Assembly (NCBI GenBank): GCA_035714565.1
Contig: DASTLX010000040.1
Location: 14,306 to 78,305 of the forward strand
Direction of reading: 5' to 3'
Origin: Allosphingosinicella sp.
GTDB taxonomy: Bacteria > Pseudomonadota > Alphaproteobacteria > Sphingomonadales > Sphingomonadaceae
DNA length: 64,000 nt
Below are positions 20,826-30,157 of the stretch, piece by piece. The number at the start of each line of letters is the position of its first letter. Within the stretch, counting starts at the first letter, position 1. The position numbers were made by a program, and so were the translations under genes. Under the pieces are notes generated by a model. It did no database searches, was not told the origin of the DNA, and was given only the letters and a program-made list of their open reading frames with translations.

Positions 20826-22175
20826 TCAGCGCATCAGCACCAGCTCCTCCGCCATGGTCGGATGAAGGGCCACGACCGCGTCGAAATCCGACTTCTTGAG
20901 CCCCGCCTTGACCGCGATCGCGGCGGCCTGGAGGATTTCGGGGGCGTCGGGGCCGATCATGTGGAGTCCGACCACCTCGTCGGTCTCGCTGTTGACGACG
21001 AGCTTGTAGAGCGCGCGCTCGTTGCGGCCGGCGAGCACGTTCTTCATCGCCCGGAAGTCGGAGGTGAAGGTCTTGACCGAGCCGAGCTTGTTGCGCGCCT
21101 GCCCCTCCGTCATGCCGACGCCGGCCAGCGGCGGATGGCTGAACACGGCCGAGGGGATGTTCTCATAGTCGACCCGGGTCGGCTTGTTGCCGAAGATCGA
21201 ATCGGCGAAGGCCTGCCCCTCGCGGATCGCGACCGGGGTGAGCTGGACCCGGTTGGTGACGTCGCCGACCGCGTAGATGCTGTCGCAGGTCGACCTGTTG
21301 TCGTCGTCGACGATCACCGCCCCCTTGTCGTCGACCTCCACCCCCGCCGCCTCGAGGCCGAGGCCCTCCGTATTGGGCTGGCGGCCGATCGCGAACATCA
21401 CCGCGTCGGCCTCGATCGCGTCGCAGCCCGACATGTTGACGGTGAGCGCCCCGGCCGCGCTCTTCTCGATGCTCTCGAAGGCAACGTGGAACTTGAAGTC
21501 GATTCCCTTCATCATCGAGATGGTGAGCAGGCGGTCGCGGATCGTCTCGTCATAGCCGCGAAGGATGACGTCGGTGCGGTTGACCAGGGTGACGTGGCTT
21601 CCGAGATTGTGGAAGATGCCGGCGAACTCGTTGGCGATGTAGCCGGCGCCGGCGATCACCACCCGCCTGGGAAGCTCGGGAAGGTGGAAGGCCTCGTTCG
21701 AGGTGATCCCGAGCTCACTCCCCGGGAAATCGGGGACCACCGGCCGGGCGCCGGTGGCGATGAGGATGGTCCCGGCGGTGATGGTGCGGCCGCCGGCGAG
21801 GCGGACCTCGTGCGGGCCCGCGACGATGGCCCGCTCCTTCAATATCTCGACCTTATGGTTGGTCAGGGTCTCGGTATAGGCCTCCTCGAGCCGCCCGACC
21901 TCGGCGAGGACGTTGTCGCGAAGCGTCGGCCAGTGGAAGGCGCAGGCGGGCACGTCCCAGCCGAAGCGGCGCGCGTCCTGAAGGTCCTCGGCGAAATGGG
22001 CGCCGTAGACGAGAAGCTTCTTGGGGACGCAGCCGCGGATGACGCAGGTTCCGCCCACCTTGTGCTCCTCGGCGATCGCCACCCTCGCGCCATGCGCGGA
22101 GGAGACCCTTGCGGCGCGCACCCCGCCCGATCCGGCGCCGATGACGAAGAGGTCGTAGTCGTAGCTCTTGGGCAT
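20826..22175 (-). CDS. gor: Glutathione-disulfide reductase
   Basis: GGTCVIRGCVPKK, LTPVAIREG, HPTMAEE. Confidence 0.96.
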   Translation of the reverse strand: MPKSYDYDLFVIGAGSGGVRAARVSSAHGARVAIAEEHKVGGTCVIRGCVPKKLLVYGAHFAEDLQDARRFGWDVPACAFHWPTLRDNVLAEVGRLEEAYTETLTNHKVEILKERAIVAGPHEVRLAGGRTITAGTILIATGARPVVPDFPGSELGITSNEAFHLPELPRRVVIAGAGYIANEFAGIFHNLGSHVTLVNRTDVILRGYDETIRDRLLTISMMKGIDFKFHVAFESIEKSAAGALTVNMSGCDAIEADAVMFAIGRQPNTEGLGLEAAGVEVDDKGAVIVDDDNRSTCDSIYAVGDVTNRVQLTPVAIREGQAFADSIFGNKPTRVDYENIPSAVFSHPPLAGVGMTEGQARNKLGSVKTFTSDFRAMKNVLAGRNERALYKLVVNSETDEVVGLHMIGPDAPEILQAAAIAVKAGLKKSDFDAVVALHPTMAEELVLMR

Positions 22176-22237
22176 TGGGCGGGTTCCTGGGCTGGGGCTC
22201 GGGGGTCATATGGCGAGGGGCGCGCGCCGGCGCAAAT

Positions 22238-22373
22238 ATCCTCCCTGTCGCCGAACGCGATGGGGGAGGAGGACCATGCGAATCATGGTGGGGGGCAGCT
22301 GGAACAGCCCTGCGCAATTACCCTCCGCTACACTTCGTGTGGTCCCCCTCCCCAAGCTGCGCCTCGGGAGGAT
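22238..22373. repeat. Palindromic repeat, family A (diverged)
   Basis: atcctccc...ggtccccctcccc...gggaggat. Confidence 0.7.
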
Positions 22374-23003
22374 CTAGATGTTCAGCTTCGCGACGTTGGC
22401 CAGCCGCTCCGGGGTCGCCTTCTTGAAATCCCCCGCGTCGAAGGGGGGATCGGGATCGTATTCCATGCTGAGCTGCGCCGCTTCCGCCATCTCGCGCCCG
22501 GCGATCTCGGCGCACAGGGTGAGGCCGAGGTCCATTCCCGCGGAGACCCCGGCGCTGGTCAGATATTTGCCGTCCTCGGTCACCCGGTCGGGCGAGTAGG
22601 TGGCGTTGAACAGGTGCAGATTGTTGCGGGCGCCCCAATGGGTGGAGGCGCGGCGGCCTTCCAGAAGTCCCGCGGCGCCGAGGATCAGCGAGCCGGTGCA
22701 GACCGAGCAGGTCCGGGTGGTGACCGCATCGAGCACGGCCATCCAGCCCAGCACCCGGTCGTCGTTGATCTCGCGCTGGATTCCGGCGCGCCGGCCCCCC
22801 GGGACGATCAGCATGTCCGCCTTGATCTCGTCGTTGATGCCCCTGTCGGCGTGGAGCGCCAGGAACCCGTCGCCGGTGCGCACGGGCCCCGCACGCTTGC
22901 CGACGAAGCGGATCTCGACGTCCGGAAGCCGGCTCAGCGATTCGTAGGGGCCGACGGCGTCCAGGGCGGTGACCCCGTCGAAGAGGTAGATGAGGATCAG
23001 CAT
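22374..23003 (-). CDS. DJ-1/PfpI family protein (isonitrile hydratase-like)
   Basis: LDAVGP, SVCTG, SAGVSAG, EYDPDPPF. Confidence 0.9.
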   Translation of the reverse strand: MLILIYLFDGVTALDAVGPYESLSRLPDVEIRFVGKRAGPVRTGDGFLALHADRGINDEIKADMLIVPGGRRAGIQREINDDRVLGWMAVLDAVTTRTCSVCTGSLILGAAGLLEGRRASTHWGARNNLHLFNATYSPDRVTEDGKYLTSAGVSAGMDLGLTLCAEIAGREMAEAAQLSMEYDPDPPFDAGDFKKATPERLANVAKLNI

Positions 23004-23019
23004 TGTCTTTCCTTTTGCT

Positions 23020-23105
23020 CGTCGTCCAGCGGCGGCCGGGACCTCGGCGGGTGAAGCGCGCCGGCGCCCTCCATCCCCGGGGCCCCAGCCTTCGCCGGGG
23101 CGACG
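23020..23105. repeat. REP-like doublet, family B
   Basis: Near reverse complement of 9227-9313. Confidence 0.8.
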
Positions 23106-24611
23106 TTAATCGCCCAAGGCCCGCTCGATCAGCGCCCGGGTCGAGGGGTCGAAGTCGAGCTCCTCGCCATTGTCGATGGCCTTGGCCATCGACTTGCCTA
23201 GCTCCACCCCGAACTGGTCGAAAGGATTGATTCCGAGCAGGACCGCGTTCGCGAAGGTTCGGTGCTCGTAGAAGGCGATGAGAGCGCCCAGCGTGGCCGG
23301 GTCGAGGCGGTCGAGGAGGATGGTCGTCGACGGGCGATCGCCGGGATAGCGGCGGTGCGGATCGTCGTTGGCCTTGCCCGACATGAGGGCGGCGCCCTGG
23401 GCGAAGCAGTTGATCAGGAGCTGGCGGTGATGCTCCTCGTCGAGGGCGTGGCCGGGCTCGACGCAGGCGACGAACTCGACCGGGACGAGGTGGCTGCCCT
23501 GGTGGAGGAGCTGGAACACGGCATGCTGGGCGTCGGTGCCGACCCCGCCCCAGGTGACGGGCGAAGTCGCTCGCCGCGCGGGCGCGCCGTCGAGCCTGGC
23601 CGACTTGCCGTTCGATTCCATCTCGAGCTGCTGGAGATAGGGCGGCAGTAGCCGGAGTCTCTCGTCGTAGGCGAAGACGGCGCGGGTCTGGCTTGAGCGC
23701 AGATTGGCGTAATAGCGGTCGACGAAGGCGGCGAGGACCGGGGCGTTCGCGCTCGGTGGAGCGAGCCGGAAATGCCGGTCCATCGCCGCCGCGCCCTCGA
23801 GCAGGGTCTCGAACGCTTCCCAGCCCAGCGCCAGAGCGGCCGGAAAGCCGATCGACGACCAGAGCGAATAACGGCCGCCGACGCTTTCGCCGAACGGCAG
23901 GATGCGGGTCTCGTCTATGCCGAAGTCGAGGGCGCGCTCCGGCGCGGCCGTGAGGGCGACGACCCGGCCGTAGGGATCGGCGACCCCGCCTTGCTCCATC
24001 CAGTCGAGGGCGGTGCGGGCGTTGAGGAGGGTTTCGAGGGTGGTGAAGGTCTTCGACGCGACGACGAGCAGGGTCGTGTGCGGGTCGAAGCCGGCGACGG
24101 CTTCCTCGAGGGCGGCGCCGTCGACGTTGGAGACGACCGCCGTGTCGTAGCGCGCGCCGTCCCGGCCGAGAGCGTCGATGACGAAATCCGGTCCGAGGGC
24201 CGAGCCGCCGATTCCGATATGGAGGATGTGGCGGACGGGGCCGAAAGCCTCCGCCTCGATCGCGTCGACCAGCGCGCGCATCCGGGCGCGCAGCCCGGAG
24301 GCGCGGGCGACGCTCTCGGGGGCGCCCTGGCCGCGCTCGGCGCTGTGCTCGGCGGCGCGGCCTTCGGTCGGGTTCACGATTCCGCCGGCGAACAGCGCGT
24401 CGCGCTCGGCGGCGAGGTCGCGCGCCTCGGCCAGGGCCTCGAAGCCGGCGATCAGCGCCGGGGTCAGGTGGGTCTTGGAGAAGTCGAAATGGAGGCCGGG
24501 CAGATCGAGCGTGAGGCTAGAGAGGCGATCGGGTTCGGCGGCGAAGAGTTCGGCCAGGGTCTTCGGCTCGGCCGCCGCCTCGATCGCGGCCCAGGCTTGG
24601 TTTTCGTCCAT
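23106..24611 (-). CDS. pgi: Glucose-6-phosphate isomerase
   Basis: GIGGSALG, SKTFTT, VGGRYS, QQLEMESNGK, FDQFGVELGK. Confidence 0.97.
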   Translation of the reverse strand: MDENQAWAAIEAAAEPKTLAELFAAEPDRLSSLTLDLPGLHFDFSKTHLTPALIAGFEALAEARDLAAERDALFAGGIVNPTEGRAAEHSAERGQGAPESVARASGLRARMRALVDAIEAEAFGPVRHILHIGIGGSALGPDFVIDALGRDGARYDTAVVSNVDGAALEEAVAGFDPHTTLLVVASKTFTTLETLLNARTALDWMEQGGVADPYGRVVALTAAPERALDFGIDETRILPFGESVGGRYSLWSSIGFPAALALGWEAFETLLEGAAAMDRHFRLAPPSANAPVLAAFVDRYYANLRSSQTRAVFAYDERLRLLPPYLQQLEMESNGKSARLDGAPARRATSPVTWGGVGTDAQHAVFQLLHQGSHLVPVEFVACVEPGHALDEEHHRQLLINCFAQGAALMSGKANDDPHRRYPGDRPSTTILLDRLDPATLGALIAFYEHRTFANAVLLGINPFDQFGVELGKSMAKAIDNGEELDFDPSTRALIERALGD

Positions 24612-24663
24612 GCCGGGCTCTTAGTGATGCGAGGAGGGGATGCCTAGCCGTCGGTCGCCTGCT

Positions 24664-24756
24664 CGTCGTCCCGGACTTGATCCGGGATCCATGAATACCG
24701 CGCTGCGAGAGCTCCCTGGTCGGTGTTCATGGATTCCGGCTTTCGCCGGAATGACG
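24664..24756. repeat. REP-like doublet, family B; near reverse complement of 29318-29410
   Basis: Shared atccatgaa...ttcatggat inner arms. Confidence 0.85.
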
Positions 24757-24799
24757 GGGAGCGCTTGACCGCACCCGCGCCCCAAGCGAAAGCGCTCGG

Positions 24800-25618
24800 A
24801 TGGCGAGAGGCGCGGCGAAGGCCGATACAAAGACGAAAAAGGGAGGGCTCGCCGAGACGACTCGTTTCCTGCTGCTGTTCTTCCTGTTCGCGATCCTTCT
24901 GCGCACCTTCGTCGTCGCGCCGTTCGTGATCCCGTCGGGCTCGATGCTTCCCGAGCTCAGGATCGGCGACTATCTGTTCGTCGCCAAATGGCCCTACGGC
25001 TATTCGCGCTACTCGATCCCGTTCGGGCTCGCGTCTTTCGAGGGGCGGATCTGGGCCGGGGAGCCGGAACGGGGCGACATCGTCGTCTTCCGCTATCCAG
25101 GCGAGGACGAGGATTGGGTGAAGCGACTGATCGGCCTCCCCGGCGACCGGATCCAGATGCGCCGGGGCCAGCTCTACCTGAACGGCAAGCCGGTTCCGAA
25201 GGTGAGGGTCGCGGACTGGCTGATGCCGGTCACGCCCAACAGCCCCTGCCGCTACGGCGGCCGGATCCGCGCCGCCGAGGTCGAGGCCGGCGAGCGCTTC
25301 TGCCGCTATCCGCGCTTCCGCGAGACGCTGCCCGGCGGGCGGTCCTACGAAGTGCTCGACCAGGTCGAGGGACCGGCGGACGACACGCCGGTCTACACCG
25401 TGCCGGCCGGCCATTATTTCATGATGGGCGACAATCGCGACGATAGCGCCGACAGCCGCTTCAACCTCGAGCAGAAGGGGGTCGGATTGCTGCCCAGGGA
25501 TTATCTGATCGGACGGGCGATGATCAACTTCTTCTCGACCGACGGCTCGGCGGAGTTGCTGAAGCCGTGGACCTGGTTCTCGGCGCCGCGCTGGGAGCGG
25601 GTGGGGCGGACCTTCTGA
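24800..25618 (+). CDS. lepB: Signal peptidase I
   Basis: IPSGSM, VKRLIGLPGD, MGDNRDDS; first gene of lepB-rnc-era. Confidence 0.96.
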   Translation: MARGAAKADTKTKKGGLAETTRFLLLFFLFAILLRTFVVAPFVIPSGSMLPELRIGDYLFVAKWPYGYSRYSIPFGLASFEGRIWAGEPERGDIVVFRYPGEDEDWVKRLIGLPGDRIQMRRGQLYLNGKPVPKVRVADWLMPVTPNSPCRYGGRIRAAEVEAGERFCRYPRFRETLPGGRSYEVLDQVEGPADDTPVYTVPAGHYFMMGDNRDDSADSRFNLEQKGVGLLPRDYLIGRAMINFFSTDGSAELLKPWTWFSAPRWERVGRTF

Positions 25619-26283
25619 TGGACAAGGAGACATCCGCCTGGCTCGAGCGAACGCTCGGCCGCCAGCCCGGCGACATCGCGCTGTTCGAGCGCGCCCTGAC
25701 CCACGCCAGCTTCGGCGAGGCGCAATATGAGAGGCTCGAATTCCTGGGCGACCGGGTCCTGGGCCTGGCCGTCGCGGCCTGGCTGTACGAGCTCTTCCCC
25801 GACGAGCCGGAGGGCCAGCTGTCCAAGCGCCTCAACGCCCTCGTCGCTCGCGAGACCTGCGCCGAGGTCGGCCGCGAGCTCGGCGTGGGCGCCCGGATAC
25901 GGCTCGGCAAGCAGGCCCGCGAGGACGGCGCTTCGGACAGCGACAACGTCATCGGCGACGTCGTCGAGGCGCTGATCGGCGCCGCCTATCTCGATCTCGG
26001 CCTCGAGTCCGCGGTCGCGTTCGTCCGCAGCGCCTGGGGCGACAGGGTCAGCTCGAGGGACAAGGCGCCCCAGCATCCCAAATCGGCCCTCCAGGAATGG
26101 GCGGCGGCCCAGGAGCGCAAGCCGCCCTCCTATCGGCTCGCCGAGCGCACCGGCCCGCAGCACGCGCCGACCTTCGTGGTCGAGGTCGAGATCAGGGGCG
26201 TGGGCTCGGCCACCGCCGAGGGCGCGTCGAAGCAGGAGGCCGAGACGGCCGCGGCCCAGAAGCTCCTGGAGCAGCTGCAATGA
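25618..26283 (+). CDS. rnc: Ribonuclease III
   Basis: ERLEFLGDRVL and C-terminal dsRBD; ATG overlaps the lepB stop. Confidence 0.97.
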   Translation: MDKETSAWLERTLGRQPGDIALFERALTHASFGEAQYERLEFLGDRVLGLAVAAWLYELFPDEPEGQLSKRLNALVARETCAEVGRELGVGARIRLGKQAREDGASDSDNVIGDVVEALIGAAYLDLGLESAVAFVRSAWGDRVSSRDKAPQHPKSALQEWAAAQERKPPSYRLAERTGPQHAPTFVVEVEIRGVGSATAEGASKQEAETAAAQKLLEQLQ

Positions 26284-27173
26284 CCGGAAGATGCGGCCTC
26301 GTCGCCGTCGTCGGGGCCCCCAATGCCGGCAAGTCGACCCTGGTCAACGCGCTGGTCGGGCAGAAGATCGCCATCGTAAGCCCCAAGGCGCAGACGACGC
26401 GGACCCGGCTGATGGGGATCGCGATCGAGGGCGAGGCGCAGCTGCTTCTGGTGGATACGCCGGGCATCTTCGAGCCCAAGCGGCGGCTCGACCGTGCGAT
26501 GGTGGCGGCGGCGTGGGCCGGGACGGCCGACGCCGACCTGATCGCCCTGGTCGTCGACTCCAAGACCGGCTTCTTCCGGAGGCTCGAGGAGATGCTCGAC
26601 ACCTTGAAGAGCCGGCGCGAGCCCAAGATCCTGGTGCTCAACAAGGTCGACCTGGTCAGGAAGGAAGCGCTCCTGGCGCTCGCGACCCAGCTCGGCGAGC
26701 GCCTCGACTTCGAGGACGTCTACATGGTGTCGGCGAGCACCGGCGACGGGGTCGCGGACCTCAAGGCCGCGCTCGCGGCCCGGGTTCCCGAAGGCCCGTG
26801 GCATTTCCCGGAGGAGCAGGTCTCCGACGCCAGCGAGCGGCTCGCCGCCTCCGAGGTGACCCGCGAGCAGCTCTACCTCCAGCTCCATGCCGAGCTTCCC
26901 TACGCCAGCGCGGTCGAGACCGAGAAATATGAGGAGCGCCGCGACGGCTCCGTCGCCATCCACCAGCAGATCCTCGTCGGCCGTCCCACCCAGCGCGCCA
27001 TCGTCCTCGGCAAGGGCGGGACCCGGATCAAGGCGATCGGCGAGGCGGCGAGGAAGGAGCTGGAGGCGCTGATGGGCCGCAAGGTCCACCTATTCCTCCA
27101 CGTCAAGGTCAAGCCCGACTGGGAGGAGGACCGGGGGGTCTACCGGGACATAGGGCTCGACTGGGTGGAGTGA
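26280..27173 (+). CDS. era: GTPase Era
   Basis: GAPNAGKS, DTPG, NKVD, KH domain. Confidence 0.97.
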   Translation: MTGRCGLVAVVGAPNAGKSTLVNALVGQKIAIVSPKAQTTRTRLMGIAIEGEAQLLLVDTPGIFEPKRRLDRAMVAAAWAGTADADLIALVVDSKTGFFRRLEEMLDTLKSRREPKILVLNKVDLVRKEALLALATQLGERLDFEDVYMVSASTGDGVADLKAALAARVPEGPWHFPEEQVSDASERLAASEVTREQLYLQLHAELPYASAVETEKYEERRDGSVAIHQQILVGRPTQRAIVLGKGGTRIKAIGEAARKELEALMGRKVHLFLHVKVKPDWEEDRGVYRDIGLDWVE

Positions 27174-27221
27174 GGGCAATATACCTTGGTAGTACGCGCT
27201 ACTCACTTGGAAGGAACGGTC

Positions 27222-27827
27222 GTGAAGCTCACAGATGAGAGCCTGGCTGACGATCCATTGTTCCGAATTTGGGTAACGCGCGGATGCTATTTTATATTAG
27301 CAGATCGCTTAAAAAGGAAATCAAGATATTCAAATGGCTCAATAACAATATTGTCGTTCTACGTAATTGTTATCTCGATTATCGATATTGCGTTCGGAAG
27401 TGCACTACCAGCCAATTTTGACGCATTTATCCCACCAATAACGGTGATCCTTTCTGTATTTATAATAATTATCACGTTGCTAGAGCAATCTAAGGAATAC
27501 CGTCTTGAGGCTGAGTATTCCGAGCAAACTGCTCATAAGCTAGAGGATTTGTTCGGACGGTTTGAAGCTTTCAGACTTGGGGTTGCTACCGGCGATGAGG
27601 CGGCTTTCCGGACCGAGTATTCCAATGTCCTCATTTCGGCGCGAACTACGCGCAGGACGATCGATTACATTTGGTTTCAGCTTACAAACGCAAGCGACCT
27701 GAAGCTGAGGGCGCCGAAGGTGCTTCTGTTGTCGGCATCGCTAGCGTGGACGGGTGCGCTAGAATACTGGATTTACGCAGCCATGGTGCTGCTGCCGCCG
27801 ATTGGCGGGATGTTGCTGATCATATAG
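27222..27827 (+). CDS. SLATT-domain transmembrane protein (SLATT_5-like), AT-rich
   Basis: IWVTRG..F..A.RL motif, two TM helices, helical region, C-terminal TM; AAGGA SD before GTG 27222 (alternative start 27186). Confidence 0.65.
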   Translation: MKLTDESLADDPLFRIWVTRGCYFILADRLKRKSRYSNGSITILSFYVIVISIIDIAFGSALPANFDAFIPPITVILSVFIIIITLLEQSKEYRLEAEYSEQTAHKLEDLFGRFEAFRLGVATGDEAAFRTEYSNVLISARTTRRTIDYIWFQLTNASDLKLRAPKVLLLSASLAWTGALEYWIYAAMVLLPPIGGMLLII

Positions 27828-28084
27828 AATCGCCTGGCCGACCATCCGTTTCGGCCCTTAATGGGCCTCATCAGCGAGGCCAGCTCCAGCGGAGCAGTTG
27901 CAGGCAAGCGCCTACGATCCTCGGACGGACTTGTCTGAGATAGCGTAAACTGGTGGAAAAATCAAGGCGTAACTGCACCCGAAACCTACTCTCGCTAGCC
28001 CCGGAGGCAGCCATCCAGTTCGCGACGCTACGCTTTCGATTTGTCTGCTGATGCTCGGGGCCCCTCGGCGGGCGGCCCCTATTA

Positions 28085-29308
28085 TCACCCCTTCACGTTC
28101 ACCACCTGCCGAAGCCGGTGCTTGACGAGGACCAGGTCGGTCTGGGCGTCCATCACCGCGCCGATGTCCTTGTAGGCGGCCGGGCTCTCGTCGAGCACGC
28201 CCTCGTCGACCCGGCACTCGATGCCCTGCATGGCCTCGCGATGCTGGTCGAGGCTGATCAGCTTCTTGGCCTGGCCGCGCGACATCACCCGGCCGGCGCC
28301 GTGCGAGCAGCTGCAGAAGCTGTCCGCGTTGCCCAGCCCCTCGACGATGAAGCTGCCGGTGCCCATCGAGCCCGGGATGATCCCGAGCTCGCCCTCGCGG
28401 GCGCTCACCGCGCCCTTGCGGGTCACCCACACCTGCTCCCCGAAATGGGTCTCACGGGTCGCATAATTGTGGTGGCAGTTGATCGCCTGCTTCTCCGTCT
28501 TGAACGCCGGCAGGTGCTTGCGCAGGGCCTCGAGCACGCGCCCCATCATGAGCTCGCGGTTCGCGATCGCATAATCCTGGGCGAAGCTCATCGCCTCGAT
28601 ATAATCGTCGAACAGCTCCGAGCCCTCGGTCAGGAAGGCCAGGTCCCTGTCGGCGAGGTGGAAGTCGAGCCGCTGCCTGGCGATCGCCTCCTTCGCCGCC
28701 TCGATGAAATAGGTGCCGATGCGGTTGCCGGTGCCGCGCGAGCCCGAGTGGAGCATCACCCAGACCCGCTGCTCCTCGTCGAGGCAGATCTCGATGAAAT
28801 GGTTGCCGCCTCCCATCGAGCCCAATTGGTCGCTGGTCTTGCCCTGCACCTTGGGGTGCTTGGCGACGATCGCCCGCCAGCGCGCCTCGAACCGCTCGTA
28901 CCAGGTCCGGGCGATCGAATTGGGCGTGATCGCCCAGCCGCCCTTGGCGTGGTTGGCGCTCTGGCTCGACTCGAAGCCCTTGGGCACCGCCCGCTCGATC
29001 TCGGCGCGGATCTCCGCCAGGCTGTCGGGCAGCTGGCTCGCGGTCAGCGACGTGCGCACCGCCATCATTCCGCAGCCGATGTCTACGCCGACGGCCGCCG
29101 GCACGATCGCCTGCTTAGTGGCGATCACCGATCCCACCGTCGCGCCCTTGCCCCAGTGGACGTCGGGCATTCCGGCGATGTGGCTGTGGACGAACGGCAG
29201 GGAGGCGACGTTGCGAAGCTGCTGCATCGCCCCCGCCTCGAACGGCTGGTGGCTGTCCCAAAGCTTCAGCGGCACTCCGCCGCTCTCGTGGATCGAAAAC
29301 TTGGTCAT
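28085..29308 (-). CDS. rtcB: RtcB family RNA ligase
   Basis: MPDVH, VGVDIGCG, GGGNHF, HSGSRG, SHGAGR. Confidence 0.95.
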   Translation of the reverse strand: MTKFSIHESGGVPLKLWDSHQPFEAGAMQQLRNVASLPFVHSHIAGMPDVHWGKGATVGSVIATKQAIVPAAVGVDIGCGMMAVRTSLTASQLPDSLAEIRAEIERAVPKGFESSQSANHAKGGWAITPNSIARTWYERFEARWRAIVAKHPKVQGKTSDQLGSMGGGNHFIEICLDEEQRVWVMLHSGSRGTGNRIGTYFIEAAKEAIARQRLDFHLADRDLAFLTEGSELFDDYIEAMSFAQDYAIANRELMMGRVLEALRKHLPAFKTEKQAINCHHNYATRETHFGEQVWVTRKGAVSAREGELGIIPGSMGTGSFIVEGLGNADSFCSCSHGAGRVMSRGQAKKLISLDQHREAMQGIECRVDEGVLDESPAAYKDIGAVMDAQTDLVLVKHRLRQVVNVKG

Positions 29309-29317
29309 GGCCCTAAG

Positions 29318-29410
29318 CGTCATTCCGGCGAAAGCCGGAATCCATGAACTCCGCGGACGGCAGATTGGATGCGACGGTGTTCATGGATGCCGGTCAAGTC
29401 CGGCATGACG
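29318..29410. repeat. REP-like doublet, family B
   Basis: cgtcattccggcgaaagccggaatccatgaa ... ttcatggatgccgg...ccggcatgacg. Confidence 0.85.
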
Positions 29411-29418
29411 GTTCGTCC

Positions 29419-30123
29419 TCATGACCCCAGCACCTCTTCCACCCAATCCGGGACCAGCACCCCCGCCGGCCCTGTCCGGCTCTCATGGAAATAGACGCTT
29501 CCCAGGCTCGGCTCGAGGTTGAGCTCCAGGGTCCGGGCTCCGGCATAGCGCGCGGTCTGGACGAAGCCGGCGGCGGGATAGACGGCGCCCGACGTGCCGA
29601 TCGAGACGAACAGCTCGGCGTCGAGGAGCGCGCGGTCGATCCGCTCCATCTCGTAGGGCATCTCACCGAACCAGACGATGTCCGGCCTCAGGCGGCCCGC
29701 CTCCCCGCAGGAAGGACAAGCCGGGCCGCTCGACAGCTCGGCTTCCCAGGGCATGCGCGAGTCGCAGGCGAGGCACCAGGCCGACCTGAGCTCGCCGTGC
29801 ATGTGGAGCAGCCGCCGCGCCCCGGCGCGCTCGTGCAGGTCGTCGACATTCTGGGTGACGATCAGCAGCTCGCCCGGCCATGACCGGTCGAGCCGAGCCA
29901 GCGCCTCATGGGCTCGGTTCGGCGCCACCTCCGCCAGCTGCCCCCTGCGCGCATCGTAGAATCGCTGGACGAGCGCCGGATCGCGGTCGAACGCCTGCGG
30001 AGTGGCCACGTCCTCCACCCGGTGGCCCTCCCACAAGCCATCGGGGCCGCGGAAAGTGGCGAGACCGCTCTCGGCGGAGATGCCGGCCCCGGTGAGGATG
30101 ACGATGTTTCGAATTTCTCGCAT
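29419..30123 (-). CDS. cobB: NAD-dependent protein deacylase (sirtuin)
   Basis: GAGISAESG, TQNVD, HMHG, two CxxC, RPDIVWFGE. Confidence 0.95.
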   Translation of the reverse strand: MREIRNIVILTGAGISAESGLATFRGPDGLWEGHRVEDVATPQAFDRDPALVQRFYDARRGQLAEVAPNRAHEALARLDRSWPGELLIVTQNVDDLHERAGARRLLHMHGELRSAWCLACDSRMPWEAELSSGPACPSCGEAGRLRPDIVWFGEMPYEMERIDRALLDAELFVSIGTSGAVYPAAGFVQTARYAGARTLELNLEPSLGSVYFHESRTGPAGVLVPDWVEEVLGS

Positions 30124-30157
30124 GGAGTCGCTCTAGCTCAGAGCTAGAAGGGGGTCG

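Noticed and set aside
18987..23054. 1355-aa plus-strand ORF
   Set aside because: Antisense shadow of hmgA, gor and the DJ-1 gene; long shadow frames are expected at high GC3 and it has no motifs.
28085..30123. Sirtuin plus RtcB as an anti-phage Sir2 system
   Set aside because: The sirtuin is a canonical zinc-binding CobB deacylase with host-like GC, separated from rtcB by a REP element.
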